Below the pieces are notes generated by a model. The model had not been told where the DNA came from, searched no databases, and worked only from the letters and a program-made list of their open reading frames with translations. Positions 37,720 through 47,399 of a stretch of DNA of 64,000 nucleotides are shown one piece after another (the first letter of the stretch is position 1; every line of letters starts with the position of its first letter). Origin of the DNA: a virus (Duplodnaviria; Caudoviricetes); the IMG/VR virus record IMGVR_UViG_3300028048_000086, positions 53,974 to 117,973 of that record. The stretch is one strand, 5' to 3'. The translations under genes and the position numbers were made by a program.

Positions 37720-39633
37720 ATGGATAACGAAAACAAAGAGCTGCTCGGTCTCAACCTCGGTCACGATGACTTCATCAATGCGTTGGTGAATAAAAATCCT
37801 GGTCCTGGCCAGGTCATCAATGCTCATCGCATTTTCGCGGCTATTTACGCGATGGCTGACGAGGAACCCAAAGCTGCTAAAATGGCGCTGGATAAGATCT
37901 TCGGCATCGGGAAGCGCGGTGAGCATTACGTCTCGCCGATTCCACCGATGGTCGTGCGCGAGAATCTCACGATCAAGAACGTGAGTTTCTCGATGGTCCA
38001 CGAGGCCGTCGAATCGGCACGCAAGGCTGAATTCTCCTCCGTGGAAGAGATGAAGTCTTGCGCCGATGACTTCACGACATTCGCGAGAATGTTCAGTGAA
38101 GCAGTCATTGATGCTGCTAAGAAAGGTGGCATCGTGCCAATCGAGTACATCGATGCGCTCCGTTCAGCTGTCAAGCCGGAAAGCCTTCTTCATACGGAGA
38201 AGTCTTTCAATGCCGAGATCAACTGGATGACGGATAAACCCGCTCGTAAGGGCTGGGTCCGTCATCAGGATTCGAAAGCGAAGGGTGCGGTTGATGTCCT
38301 CTGCCAGCAGAAAGGTAAGAATCCTTACCGTTTCGTCGCCAAGGAAAACAGCACACAGCTCGTGCTCGAAGATCCTTGGCATGAGCTTAGCGTCGATTGC
38401 TTGAATAAGGCAGTTGATGGTTACGCGGCGAAAGTTACGGAACTGGAGCCGCATCTGTTCTCGTATTTCGTAAAGGCGGTCGCTGATCGTCGTGCGGAAG
38501 ATATGAACTTCGATGCTGTCTGTGTCATCGCGTCCAAGCTCTGGGCACAGATGAACCGCACGATCACGTCCAGCATGACGGCAGAGAAATCCGCCATCGA
38601 GACGACGGACAAGGATCAGAAACGCGCCGAGGAACGTGCGATCACGGCTCGCTATCGTGAGACGTATAACGCTCTCGGCAACGAGATTCGCCGTCAGTTC
38701 GGCCTTTTGAAGTCGAATGATATGACGGAAATGGCTATGGTTAACGCCGTAGTTAACGCCGCGTATCATGACGAGGAAGGTAAGCTCCTCGACGATGTTT
38801 CCGCAACCAACTTCGCGGATAACGTCATCGGCGAAGAGTTCTTCTCCTGGCTGAAGAAGCACCTTCTTCATAAAAAGGAGAATGTCACTGAGGAGGCTGT
38901 CGAGCCGCTGATCGGCTGTGACTTCGAAGAAGGATCCGAGATCGTATTCAAAGATTCTTTCGCGGAGAAAGACGGTCATTACGCCATGGCGGAACGTCCG
39001 AACGTCAATGGCTCGTATGTCATCAAGAAAGTTGGTGGCAAATGGGCGGCTACGAAGAAGATCGATGATATCGTCGAGTCATCGATTGACTTCGTAGAGA
39101 ATCAGGTCATGTTCATGACCTCTTCTACGTCGGAAACGGAAGAACGTCTCGTCGCGATGGCGAAGGCGGCTTCCGTGAAAGGCGCGAAAGTCACCTTGGT
39201 TCACAATACTAAGGTGAATGGCGTCCGTCAGGCTATCTTCGTTGATGGCAAAGCGTATGGCCGTTATGCCAATGCTTACGCTGATCTTTCCAAGAAGAAG
39301 GATCGTGAAGCAGCGAAGAAGCTCGGTCTCGTCATGGACAATGTCTACGATCTCGTTCAGGGTGACCTGAAGGATATCAAGATGATGTCCTATCCGGACG
39401 AACATGGCCGTAAGCATGCGAAAGCCGTCGTCGTTCTCGAGAACGTGACGAAGATTGCGTGGAACAAGGTTCCGAAGTTCAATGGTTGGGTTCCGGTCGA
39501 AAAGAAAGTAGTTAAAACGGCGAAAACCGTTAAGACGAATTTCTTCGCGGCTAAGAAGCCGGTCGTAAAAGAAGAGCCGAAGAAAGCTGCTAAGAGCGAT
39601 AAGCTCGTCAGCTTCTTCGCCAAGTATCACTAA
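37720..39633 (+). CDS. probable C-terminal part/second subunit of the RdRP-like RNA polymerase
   Basis: AAGGAGGA RBS; PGQVINAH and FSEAVIDAAKKG match the motifs that follow DxDGD in this family. Confidence 0.7.
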   Translation: MDNENKELLGLNLGHDDFINALVNKNPGPGQVINAHRIFAAIYAMADEEPKAAKMALDKIFGIGKRGEHYVSPIPPMVVRENLTIKNVSFSMVHEAVESARKAEFSSVEEMKSCADDFTTFARMFSEAVIDAAKKGGIVPIEYIDALRSAVKPESLLHTEKSFNAEINWMTDKPARKGWVRHQDSKAKGAVDVLCQQKGKNPYRFVAKENSTQLVLEDPWHELSVDCLNKAVDGYAAKVTELEPHLFSYFVKAVADRRAEDMNFDAVCVIASKLWAQMNRTITSSMTAEKSAIETTDKDQKRAEERAITARYRETYNALGNEIRRQFGLLKSNDMTEMAMVNAVVNAAYHDEEGKLLDDVSATNFADNVIGEEFFSWLKKHLLHKKENVTEEAVEPLIGCDFEEGSEIVFKDSFAEKDGHYAMAERPNVNGSYVIKKVGGKWAATKKIDDIVESSIDFVENQVMFMTSSTSETEERLVAMAKAASVKGAKVTLVHNTKVNGVRQAIFVDGKAYGRYANAYADLSKKKDREAAKKLGLVMDNVYDLVQGDLKDIKMMSYPDEHGRKHAKAVVVLENVTKIAWNKVPKFNGWVPVEKKVVKTAKTVKTNFFAAKKPVVKEEPKKAAKSDKLVSFFAKYH

Positions 39634-39771
39634 GTATTATTATCTCAAGGATGAGAGGGGAAGGGTGCATGGATGCACCCGTACTAATGCAGCCATCGGC
39701 GGTCCAAAGCCCGCGTGAGAAATGCAGATGGGTACGTTTATTTTCTACCGTTAAAGAGAGGAATGGTAAAA

Positions 39772-40284
39772 ATGTCGAACAGAAAATATGATCTCAAAGC
39801 GCTTGCCGCGCTGAAGTATGCGGCGTTCAAAATCGGGCGCAAGATGGAACCCGTCGAAATTCTTCGGGCATTGATTGCGCCGACCGATCTTCCGTCGGGT
39901 GATATTGCGGAAGTTGTCCTGGCGTACATGCTGGGATATCTCACGAAGGTTGTTCGTGGCCTTTACGTCGATATGTCAGCGTATGCGGACATGAAAGGAG
40001 TTGACTTTGTGCTCACGCGCTTCGGCTATGAGCACAAACTCCAGCTGAAATTCAATAGAAAGGACCGGCGTGATTACGGCGAAGATATCGTCGTATTCTA
40101 TGCCGGTCCTTCTAGCAAGTTCATCGGAACTAAGTATTTGGAAGAAGATCGCGGAGATAATATTCTTCTCAATATTCTTCTTAGCATGGATGTTTATGAC
40201 TTCGATGAAGCCTGCGACATCATCGATGACCATCGCGGACTCAAAGAAGCCTGCATTCGTGCATGGGAGATCATCAAGAATTGA
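39772..40284 (+). CDS. hypothetical protein, possible PD-(D/E)XK fold
   Basis: DMKGVDFVL..KLQLK pattern. Confidence 0.4.
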   Translation: MSNRKYDLKALAALKYAAFKIGRKMEPVEILRALIAPTDLPSGDIAEVVLAYMLGYLTKVVRGLYVDMSAYADMKGVDFVLTRFGYEHKLQLKFNRKDRRDYGEDIVVFYAGPSSKFIGTKYLEEDRGDNILLNILLSMDVYDFDEACDIIDDHRGLKEACIRAWEIIKN

Positions 40285-40537
40285 GAATCTCTCGGCACCA
40301 ATCTTCGGAAAGGAAGTGATCCTCGTTTTCTTCAATATAGTTTATGCGGTTAGGCTTGCCGGTAATCTCGGTAAAAGCTTCTTCAGCTTCTGATTCAGCC
40401 GCGAGCATGGCCGCATAAGCTTTTTGGAACTTGGCACTAAAAAAACTATCTAGCTGTAAATTGCGAACGTCGTTACTTGTTTTCATGACTTCGCGAGCTT
40501 TCATTTTAAAGCTTTGAATTTGCTCTTCCGTAACCAT
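40274..40537 (-). CDS. small antisense-oriented protein with its own sigma-A-type promoter
   Basis: 87 aa; AAGGA RBS; TTGACA-N17-TATTCT at 40606-40578. Confidence 0.55.
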   Translation of the reverse strand: MVTEEQIQSFKMKAREVMKTSNDVRNLQLDSFFSAKFQKAYAAMLAAESEAEEAFTEITGKPNRINYIEENEDHFLSEDWCREILNS

Positions 40538-40628
40538 CTATATCATCCTTTCCGTGCTACCTCTTTCTACATAATGTAGAATAGCACGAAAAGGTCAAAA
40601 TGTCAATCATATCAGGAGGAATTTAATC

Positions 40629-42524
40629 ATGAAAAACATCAACCTTAACGCAGATCAGAAGAACGCTCTCTCTATCGCTATCGAGGCTCTCTCGAAGGGC
40701 GAGCCGGCGGCAATCATCGGTGCTGCTGGCACCGGCAAGAGCACCATGGCAGCAGAAGTCGCCCGTGTGGCAGTGAAAGAATGCGGCATCGCCGATGTCG
40801 TGTATATGGCACCGACCAACAAGGCGGCGTTGGTGCTTCAGGAGAAGTGCGGTTCCGGCTACACGATCCACTCCAGCATCTACAAGTATGATGACGAAGG
40901 CAATCACTTCGTCAATTACGATAAGGATGCTATCAAAAATAGCCTCCTTATCGTGGACGAGGCATCTATGGTAGGGGAGAAACTCCTCGCCGATCTCCGC
41001 AAGTTCGCGGAGTATAATAACGATCGCCTTCTCTTCTTGGGAGACCCCTTCCAGCTTCCGCCGGTCAAGGACGGAGAGGCCGAGATCTTCAACCTCGAAT
41101 GCCAGGCACATCTCAACCAGATCATGCGTCAGGCGAAAGGGAGCAAAATTCTCGACTACGCTACGTGCCTCCGTAGTGTGAAGAAGCCGTTTATGCCGAA
41201 AGACACGAACGGTGACGTCGAAGTTATCGGGGGCAAGGAAGTCTTCCATCGTTACGTTGACGATGTGAAGGCCGGCAAGAACGCCGTTCTCGTCGTCTGG
41301 ACGAACCCGACGCGTGTTAAGACGAACGGTCTCATTCGTCGTGCTCTTGAATATAAGGATGTCGTCGTCAATGGTGACATTCTTATCAGCATCAGCAATA
41401 ACAACGCCTGCGCGAACGGCGAGACCTTTGTCGTCGATGGCGTTGAGCATGCGCAGACGATCGAAACCGCCGATGGTAAAGTCGTCACGTTCGAGACGGT
41501 GGTTAATGGCAAACGCCGTCCGGTCGCGTTGTATCCGTTCACGACGAAAGCGAGCATTCCGAATTTCAAAGTGAACGCTCGCTCGTTCCCGGAAAACTTC
41601 CAGGATCGTAACCGTAAGGACAAGAAAATCGTCCTTTCGAATGATGTCGTCATCGCGACTTACGGTTACGCTATTACGGCTCACAAGAGCCAGGGTAGCC
41701 AGTGGGATACGGTGTATATCGGCGAAGTTCAGAAAGCTTTCAAAGAAATCACCGAAGAGAACTGCGCTCGTTGGATCTACACGGCCGTGACGCGCGCAGC
41801 CAAGAAAGTCGTTCTTTCTTCTGATCTGAAGCTTCAGAAGAAGGTGTGGAAAGTTATCGATGACGAGGCTGCTAAGTACGTCGTCGATGCTCCGGTCGGG
41901 GAAGAGCCGGTCGAAGAGAAACCGTCCTTCGAGGATGTCTTCGGCGATGATACCGAAGTCTTCGAGCAAGCCATCGAAGAACTTCCGGATGAGGAGCCAA
42001 AACAGGATAAGGATGAATATACTATTCTTATCAGCCAGGCTTCTGAGCTGATCGCGAAAGCGGCCGAGATCTCCGGAAAGAAAGTCGAAGAAGTTATCAC
42101 TGATATTCTTCCTGCTTCTGAGAAGGAGCCAGAACCCGAGGTCTATCCCGAGACGGTTCACGTTAGCTGGGATACGATCGAGGACGCCTGGATCGAAATC
42201 TTCCAGGCAATGGACGCGGGTTACCGTGTCTTCGGATACTCCGTCGATGCTAACCCGGATACCGAGAAGGAGTTTCTGAACGGCCATGACTTCGAAGGTC
42301 GTGTGAACCGTGCGGGAGGCAAGCTCTTCCGTATCCATGATAACGCCCCCGAGAAGAATCACGATAAAAAGGAGGTGGTGGCCTATGACCATGACGATGC
42401 CGTTTCTTCTGCTTCTTCTAGCGTCGTCGGCCACGAGTCAGAGAAGCCGGCTGTCAAAGCTAACCATCGTCCGAGCGCCCCTCGCGTCACTTTCTTCGGC
42501 GAGGCTGACGGGAGCGACTTCTAA
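40629..42524 (+). CDS. SF1B (Dda/RecD2-like) DNA helicase with acidic C-terminal extension
   Basis: GAAGTGKS, APTNKAA, IVDEASMV, GDPFQLPPV, QIMRQ, YAITAHKSQGSQW, YTAVTRA. Confidence 0.92.
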   Translation: MKNINLNADQKNALSIAIEALSKGEPAAIIGAAGTGKSTMAAEVARVAVKECGIADVVYMAPTNKAALVLQEKCGSGYTIHSSIYKYDDEGNHFVNYDKDAIKNSLLIVDEASMVGEKLLADLRKFAEYNNDRLLFLGDPFQLPPVKDGEAEIFNLECQAHLNQIMRQAKGSKILDYATCLRSVKKPFMPKDTNGDVEVIGGKEVFHRYVDDVKAGKNAVLVVWTNPTRVKTNGLIRRALEYKDVVVNGDILISISNNNACANGETFVVDGVEHAQTIETADGKVVTFETVVNGKRRPVALYPFTTKASIPNFKVNARSFPENFQDRNRKDKKIVLSNDVVIATYGYAITAHKSQGSQWDTVYIGEVQKAFKEITEENCARWIYTAVTRAAKKVVLSSDLKLQKKVWKVIDDEAAKYVVDAPVGEEPVEEKPSFEDVFGDDTEVFEQAIEELPDEEPKQDKDEYTILISQASELIAKAAEISGKKVEEVITDILPASEKEPEPEVYPETVHVSWDTIEDAWIEIFQAMDAGYRVFGYSVDANPDTEKEFLNGHDFEGRVNRAGGKLFRIHDNAPEKNHDKKEVVAYDHDDAVSSASSSVVGHESEKPAVKANHRPSAPRVTFFGEADGSDF

Positions 42525-42787
42525 CGAGCGCCCCTACGGGGACTCGGTCACCGTTCCATTCCTATCGTCGCATTCTCTCTTCTAAATACTTTTTCCCTTA
42601 TAAAACTTCATAGAGAGGAATTTTCTCTCCTACGGAGTTTCTTCTTCTCATCTCTATATATAAGAAACGGGAGAACCTCGCGAGTAAATAAATCTATACT
42701 CGTAAGGCTCTCCCATCCCCTTATATAACTTGATGAGGAGGAATCCTCTTAGATAAGTTCTCTATTCATGATAAGGAGGAATATATC

Positions 42788-42994
42788 ATGAAAAGATTTT
42801 TCTCTCTTCTTCTCGCCGTTATCGTGGTAGGGACGGGGTACGCCCCCGCCGCGATGAATCCCGCGCAGGGAAAGCTGATGGCTCGGAGGGCCGCCCAGGT
42901 CGATTGCTTCAAGCAGACGGGCGGTTCTCCCTTCACGATTCTCTCTGAAGCATTCGACGGTCATACGTACCGTATCGAAGCGGAGGTGAGATAA
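42788..42994 (+). CDS. small protein with signal-peptide-like N-terminus
   Basis: AAGGAGG RBS; MKRFFSLLLAVIVV. Confidence 0.55.
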   Translation: MKRFFSLLLAVIVVGTGYAPAAMNPAQGKLMARRAAQVDCFKQTGGSPFTILSEAFDGHTYRIEAEVR

Positions 42995-42997
42995 ATC

Positions 42998-43261
42998 ATG
43001 ATTCACAAGTTCATCAAGCATCTTCCCGTAGGGAATATCGTTCGTACGCTGTTCATCTACGTGGAAGAAAAGCCGAAAGAATCCAAGGACTTGAAAGGGG
43101 AGGTCGTCGACCCGTGGGATAACTCGGTCTTGTCGAGATTCTCGTGGGACCCCTACGGGGGGTTATTCACCTCGCCCGATACTTCTCCTATCATCCGAGA
43201 CTCTATTATGAGTTTGTTGGATCGCTATCAAGCCCCCAGGAGCCGCGTCTACTACGCGTAA
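42998..43261 (+). CDS. hypothetical protein
   Basis: 87 aa, GGAGGTG RBS. Confidence 0.6.
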   Translation: MIHKFIKHLPVGNIVRTLFIYVEEKPKESKDLKGEVVDPWDNSVLSRFSWDPYGGLFTSPDTSPIIRDSIMSLLDRYQAPRSRVYYA

Positions 43262-43339
43262 TCCATTCTTTCGAGCTTCTCCCTTCCCCTTATATAACTT
43301 GGTGAGGAGAGATAACTACCTCGAAAGGAGTCAATATCT

Positions 43340-43450
43340 ATGAAACGTCACCTGAATCCCGTCATCGTGGAAGCATTCCAGTATATCGGCCTCGGGCTGG
43401 TAGGGTACTTCTGCTTCTACGTATTCATGAATGCCCTCCGTCTCTGGTGA
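43340..43450 (+). CDS. 36 aa membrane peptide
   Basis: Not in the track; AAAGGAG RBS after a promoter cassette; MKRHLNPVIVEAFQYIGLGLVGYFCFYVFMNALRLW. Confidence 0.55.
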   Translation: MKRHLNPVIVEAFQYIGLGLVGYFCFYVFMNALRLW

Positions 43451-43482
43451 GACGGAGCCAGGCAAGAAAGGAAGAAAGAACC

Positions 43483-43812
43483 ATGAAAATGCATATTGAA
43501 ATGACCGAAAAAGAAGTAAAGGCTATGAGCCCGTTCCTGTATCTTTTCAATCTCCCGGGAGCCCTCGAAGCATCCGAGTGGGCCGGAAAGTACGCCGCCG
43601 ATTATTCGTACCCGGAAAAGCACATGATCGGACTCTCCGCTCTCTATCACAAATATCAGGAGGCTATCAACTCTTTCGTCTCCGGTGCTCGCGCCATGAT
43701 CGCCGGATTCAAGAAACTCAACGGAGGATTCTCCGAGGATCTTCAGAAGCTGGTTGTCGACGTCACGCCCGAAATCGAGGTAAAAGAGACTCGAGTCTTC
43801 GAAGACGAATGA
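43483..43812 (+). CDS. hypothetical protein, paralog of 43870..44211
   Basis: MKMHIEMTEKE..YPEK..LYHKYQEA. Confidence 0.65.
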   Translation: MKMHIEMTEKEVKAMSPFLYLFNLPGALEASEWAGKYAADYSYPEKHMIGLSALYHKYQEAINSFVSGARAMIAGFKKLNGGFSEDLQKLVVDVTPEIEVKETRVFEDE

Positions 43813-43869
43813 TCGCCCCCTCATAAAACTTGATGAGGAAAAATAACTACCTCGAAAGGAGATATATCT

Positions 43870-44211
43870 ATGAAACTCCGTATCGAAATGTCCGAAAAAG
43901 AAATGCGCTACTGCGGTGACCTCGCCTCTATCCTCGGTCTGTCTGGACTCCAGCAGTGCCGGGATTATTTCGGCAACTATAGGGGAACCATGGAATGCCC
44001 CGAGAAATATCTCGAGGGGCTCCATGAAATCCTCTATAACAAGTACTACGAGGCAAGCGCCTCGCTGGTGGCCGCCATGAAAGCCGCGTGGAATGCCGTA
44101 AAGTCGCTCGCCGGTGTCCGTAAGGATATGAACGCTCTCATGGAAGAAGTCATGCCTCTCGTCAAGTATAGCGAGGAGAATGTCTTCCTCGATATCGATA
44201 AGGAGGATTGA
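43870..44211 (+). CDS. hypothetical protein, paralog of 43483..43812
   Basis: MKLRIEMSEKE..CPEK..LYNKYYEA. Confidence 0.7.
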   Translation: MKLRIEMSEKEMRYCGDLASILGLSGLQQCRDYFGNYRGTMECPEKYLEGLHEILYNKYYEASASLVAAMKAAWNAVKSLAGVRKDMNALMEEVMPLVKYSEENVFLDIDKED

Positions 44212-44504
44212 GGAGAAGCATCCCCGAGCTCACTTCGTTCGCTTCCCCCTCATAAAACTCAATGAGGAAGAGAAGTTTCTTTCCCTACGGGGAAGGAGGC
44301 TTCGAAGTGGGGAGAATAGACGCCTCTCGTCATGAATAGATAGGCACGGGAGGTTCCTCTCTTATCTATTCTCCTTACTTCGAAGCTCTACCGTAAATAC
44401 GAGCTTCTCCCCTCCCCTTATATAACTAGAAGAGGAGGAAACATCCTACTCAATGATTCACTACCGTCTACAGGCTATCAAGAGCCTAGAAAGGAGCCTT
44501 TAAA

Positions 44505-45296
44505 ATGGCTAACGCAACTCTCAACAACTCCCAGGTCCTCTTCTACATCGGTGCTCGCGGCAAGTCGGTCTATCGCGCTTCCGTCCGCCCGCAGAAAGCT
44601 GATTCTCTCCGTGTGTTCGGCTTCGATGACGTCGAAGGCGGCGCGGAGACTCTCGCTCTCGCGATGCTCGCCAAGACCATCGAAGACGTTACGAAGCATC
44701 CGACGTCGGCCTTCATCACCGCTCCGGACAGCGCTCTCTATCGTGTGTTCGAGGCACGCAAGATCATCAACCAGGACCCGGACGCACCGGTCGAGGATGT
44801 TCTCGACGGTCTCGTCAAGCCCTGGATGATGAAGGAAGGCAATGAAGCTATCAAGGAAGCTACCCAGGACATGGGCGCGGCTGTCTACGAGTGGCTCCAT
44901 TCCGATAGCAACGTCGCCATCGGTTTCCAGCCGACGCATATGACCCGTTCGTTCGAACTGGACGCGGACGCCTGCGACAGCGCTGAAATCCATAACGGCC
45001 AGAAGCTGACGTTCGAGAAGGGAGTCAATCAGGACTTCGGCATCACGTCCCGCGACAATTCGATGCTCGATGGCGAGTATGAAGTCCACGTCTCTACGTT
45101 CACGACGCGCAACGGCCAGAAGTCTCGCTACTTCGTCGATCGCTACGATATGGAGCATCCGAGTGACAGCCCGCGTGACCGCCGCCTCGAAATCCTGAAT
45201 AAGGTTCTCGTCCCGGCCGTCGAGGAGAAGCTCCCGCACGATCTGAAAGCTACGGCATTCAAGGTCGCGGCAGGCGGCGAGGAAGATGCTTTTTAA
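44505..45296 (+). CDS. hypothetical protein with codon bias of a highly expressed gene
   Basis: 263 aa, AAAGGAG RBS, own promoter cassette, acidic C-terminal tail (EEDAF). Confidence 0.75.
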   Translation: MANATLNNSQVLFYIGARGKSVYRASVRPQKADSLRVFGFDDVEGGAETLALAMLAKTIEDVTKHPTSAFITAPDSALYRVFEARKIINQDPDAPVEDVLDGLVKPWMMKEGNEAIKEATQDMGAAVYEWLHSDSNVAIGFQPTHMTRSFELDADACDSAEIHNGQKLTFEKGVNQDFGITSRDNSMLDGEYEVHVSTFTTRNGQKSRYFVDRYDMEHPSDSPRDRRLEILNKVLVPAVEEKLPHDLKATAFKVAAGGEEDAF

Positions 45297-45444
45297 TCTC
45301 TCTCGTTGATTCAGTAAAGTTCATGATAACCCCCTGATATAACTGTAGAGGAGCTGAAACATGCTCCTCCTCTTCTTAAAGCTTCTAGATTCATACGCTA
45401 GAGGCTTTAAGAAGGGTTTTTATCTATCAAAGGAGGAAAAGAAG

Positions 45445-45711
45445 ATGGAACTCACTAACGAAGAAAAAGTCAAGGTGGCCCGTCTCTCGGGAAGCATCAT
45501 GTCCAAGCTCTGCCTCGGAGGGGTTTACGCGCTGAAAGGTGTCGGATTCACCTCGCACAAGGCAGCTAGCGGCATCCGTGCCGTGGCCAACGGTATCGAC
45601 TTCATCGGAGATAAGGCCGATCAGGGCGCCGAAAGTCTCGAAGCTAAGGCCGAAGAGTACGATATCCGGGATATCCCCGACGATGCCTTGGCCGCCGCCC
45701 TTTCGGAATGA
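45445..45711 (+). CDS. hypothetical protein, paralog of 52374..52754
   Basis: AGGAGG RBS; RLSGSIMSKLC..KGVGF. Confidence 0.65.
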   Translation: MELTNEEKVKVARLSGSIMSKLCLGGVYALKGVGFTSHKAASGIRAVANGIDFIGDKADQGAESLEAKAEEYDIRDIPDDALAAALSE

Positions 45712-45733
45712 TTCAATAAAGGAGAAATGAACC

Positions 45734-45940
45734 ATGATCCACGCTACTATCGTAAAGAATGACTACCATCGTCCGCTGACTACCCGCGATCTCATGCTCT
45801 CGGGTACTAAGAGCTCGGATATCATCTATACTCTGCCTAGCGGAGAATGGATGGTGATCCCTCGTGAATACCTGAAGAAGGACGGAACTATGAAGAAGGT
45901 AGCTGTCAAGGCTATCGAGAGAATGAAGAAGGCCGCTTAA
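45734..45940 (+). CDS. hypothetical protein
   Basis: 68 aa, AAGGAG RBS. Confidence 0.6.
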   Translation: MIHATIVKNDYHRPLTTRDLMLSGTKSSDIIYTLPSGEWMVIPREYLKKDGTMKKVAVKAIERMKKAA

Positions 45941-45952
45941 ACTCGGGAATAT

Positions 45953-45995
45953 GCGTTCTTATTCGGGGGGTTACCCCGGATAGGAACGTCTTATT
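45953..45995. terminator. hairpin between convergent genes
   Basis: GCGTTCTTATTCGGGG/CCCCGGATAGGAACGT stem. Confidence 0.55.
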
Positions 45996-46016
45996 TTCTC
46001 GTGTATACGGTGAATT

Positions 46017-47387
46017 TTATGCGTATAACGTACTTTTTTCCGGGTATCTATGACGATACAGCCTATAACCCGTATTTTCTTCCCGGTGAGGAGATATATG
46101 AACCAGGGGCAGGCGGGACTTCAAGAACGCTATTAATCTTTCTTCCGGAGAGCATTCTATCCGAGCGCCCCCGCCGAAACTCCGGGGATAAATCAACAAG
46201 TTTCGGTGGAGAGAGCACGCGATACGAAGACCTTTCAGCGGGCCTTCCAGATACTCGTAGCAGGTAGGAACCAGTGATGGATCCTCGATCGTCTTCAACG
46301 GGGATTCCAGGTAGTCTAATCCAGACTTTTCATCCAAGAGGACGGGGTTGACCCCGATAGAAGCTAAATCTTTCTTCCGGGAGTGGAACGTACTCACCGA
46401 GAAACGCCGGACAATATTATGCTTCGCTTCTTTCAGCGTATCGCTATTTTCATTTACCTCGTAAAGGAACTTGATTACGCGGCGCTTCCTGAGTTTCGTA
46501 AGAGAAGATTCTTCGATCTTCCTGACGGCCTCTTCGAGAGAGTAAAAATCTCCCTCTCCTACCATCTTACGATATCTCTCCTTCAGGAACTCTACGGCGA
46601 TGTCTTCCCTTAAATAACGTAAGATGCTCTTGTTCCGGAACTGGTGGCGGTCACGGATCTTATTCAGTTCGTTATAGAAGCACTGGTGCTCCATACGGAT
46701 CGTATAACGGCTTCTCTTAAGTAACGCGTTCTTCCGGGGGCCTTCCTGGAAATGTTCTTCTATCTCGTCAGATTTGTCGTAGAATAACGTCTTATACCCC
46801 TTGTTTCCTTCAGCAGCCGATTGTTCTTCTAAGTCTATATCTTTGATATATCGGCGAGAGGTACGAGAATAAAGAGAAGACTTATGGACGATCTTATAGA
46901 AGGCTTTCTTCTCTTCGATCGTATTGAAACCTAAGTTGGCCGTATAATCTACCCGGCGGGCCTTCCACCCGGAAAGAGAGTTATACTCATAGCCCAATAA
47001 ACCCGAGATAATGCTCCTAAAACGCTTAACCAGTAAACGAATATTCTTCTTGGAGCATCTGAACAGGTCGATACGATAGATATTGGATGGCTTAATCATA
47101 TTCAGGGGGTTAATGGCGAGAGTAACGTAATAACGAGCATCCAGTATATCTATGGTTCCATCACCGTTACTGGCGACATTCACCGTTCTTCTGAAAGCTA
47201 ATTCATCGATACCGTAAATACGTGGATGTAGGCTCTTCTTAGCGAAATAGTTGATTCCCGTATTCATCTTTCGAGCCGGAACCTTGATATATAATTCATC
47301 GGCGTATTTCCGGCGGCCGACCCGGGAAACTAACTCTTCTAACTCTTGATAAGTAAGCTCTTTAGAAATCTCTATCGTATGTACCAT
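46017..47387 (-). CDS. phage/plasmid replication protein, gene II/X (Rep_trans-like) family
   Basis: RRVDYTAN, LFYDK..E and IRMEHQ motifs; TTGACT-N18-TATACT upstream (47473-47444). Confidence 0.7.
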   Translation of the reverse strand: MVHTIEISKELTYQELEELVSRVGRRKYADELYIKVPARKMNTGINYFAKKSLHPRIYGIDELAFRRTVNVASNGDGTIDILDARYYVTLAINPLNMIKPSNIYRIDLFRCSKKNIRLLVKRFRSIISGLLGYEYNSLSGWKARRVDYTANLGFNTIEEKKAFYKIVHKSSLYSRTSRRYIKDIDLEEQSAAEGNKGYKTLFYDKSDEIEEHFQEGPRKNALLKRSRYTIRMEHQCFYNELNKIRDRHQFRNKSILRYLREDIAVEFLKERYRKMVGEGDFYSLEEAVRKIEESSLTKLRKRRVIKFLYEVNENSDTLKEAKHNIVRRFSVSTFHSRKKDLASIGVNPVLLDEKSGLDYLESPLKTIEDPSLVPTCYEYLEGPLKGLRIACSLHRNLLIYPRSFGGGARIECSPEERLIAFLKSRLPLVHISPHREENTGYRLYRHRYPEKSTLYA

Positions 47388-47399
47388 TCTATTTCTCCT

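Larger units (their letters stand above)
42595..45353 (+). promoter_or_regulatory. seven copies of a CCC(C)TNATAWAACT-N-GAGGA promoter-like cassette
   Basis: Copies at 42595, 42717, 43286, 43816, 44245, 44414 and 45330 (one more core motif at 49042); all intergenic and on the same strand. Confidence 0.75.

Noticed and set aside
35461-45239. Long minus-strand ORFs (35461..36921, 40623..42434, 44478..45239) and similar plus-strand ORFs over the sheath, capsid and portal genes
   Set aside because: Antisense shadows of strongly codon-biased real genes; no RBS or recognisable motifs
44505-45296. Similarity of its C-terminal segment (GQKLTFEKG..LDGEYEV) to polymerase ORF2 (GSEIVFKD..VNGSYVI), or an SSB call from the acidic tail
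   Set aside because: Too short and weak to support without a profile search
42595-45353. Repeated motif as a CRISPR array
   Set aside because: Spacing is irregular (about 120-900 nt), intervening DNA encodes genes, repeats are degenerate and no cas genes are present
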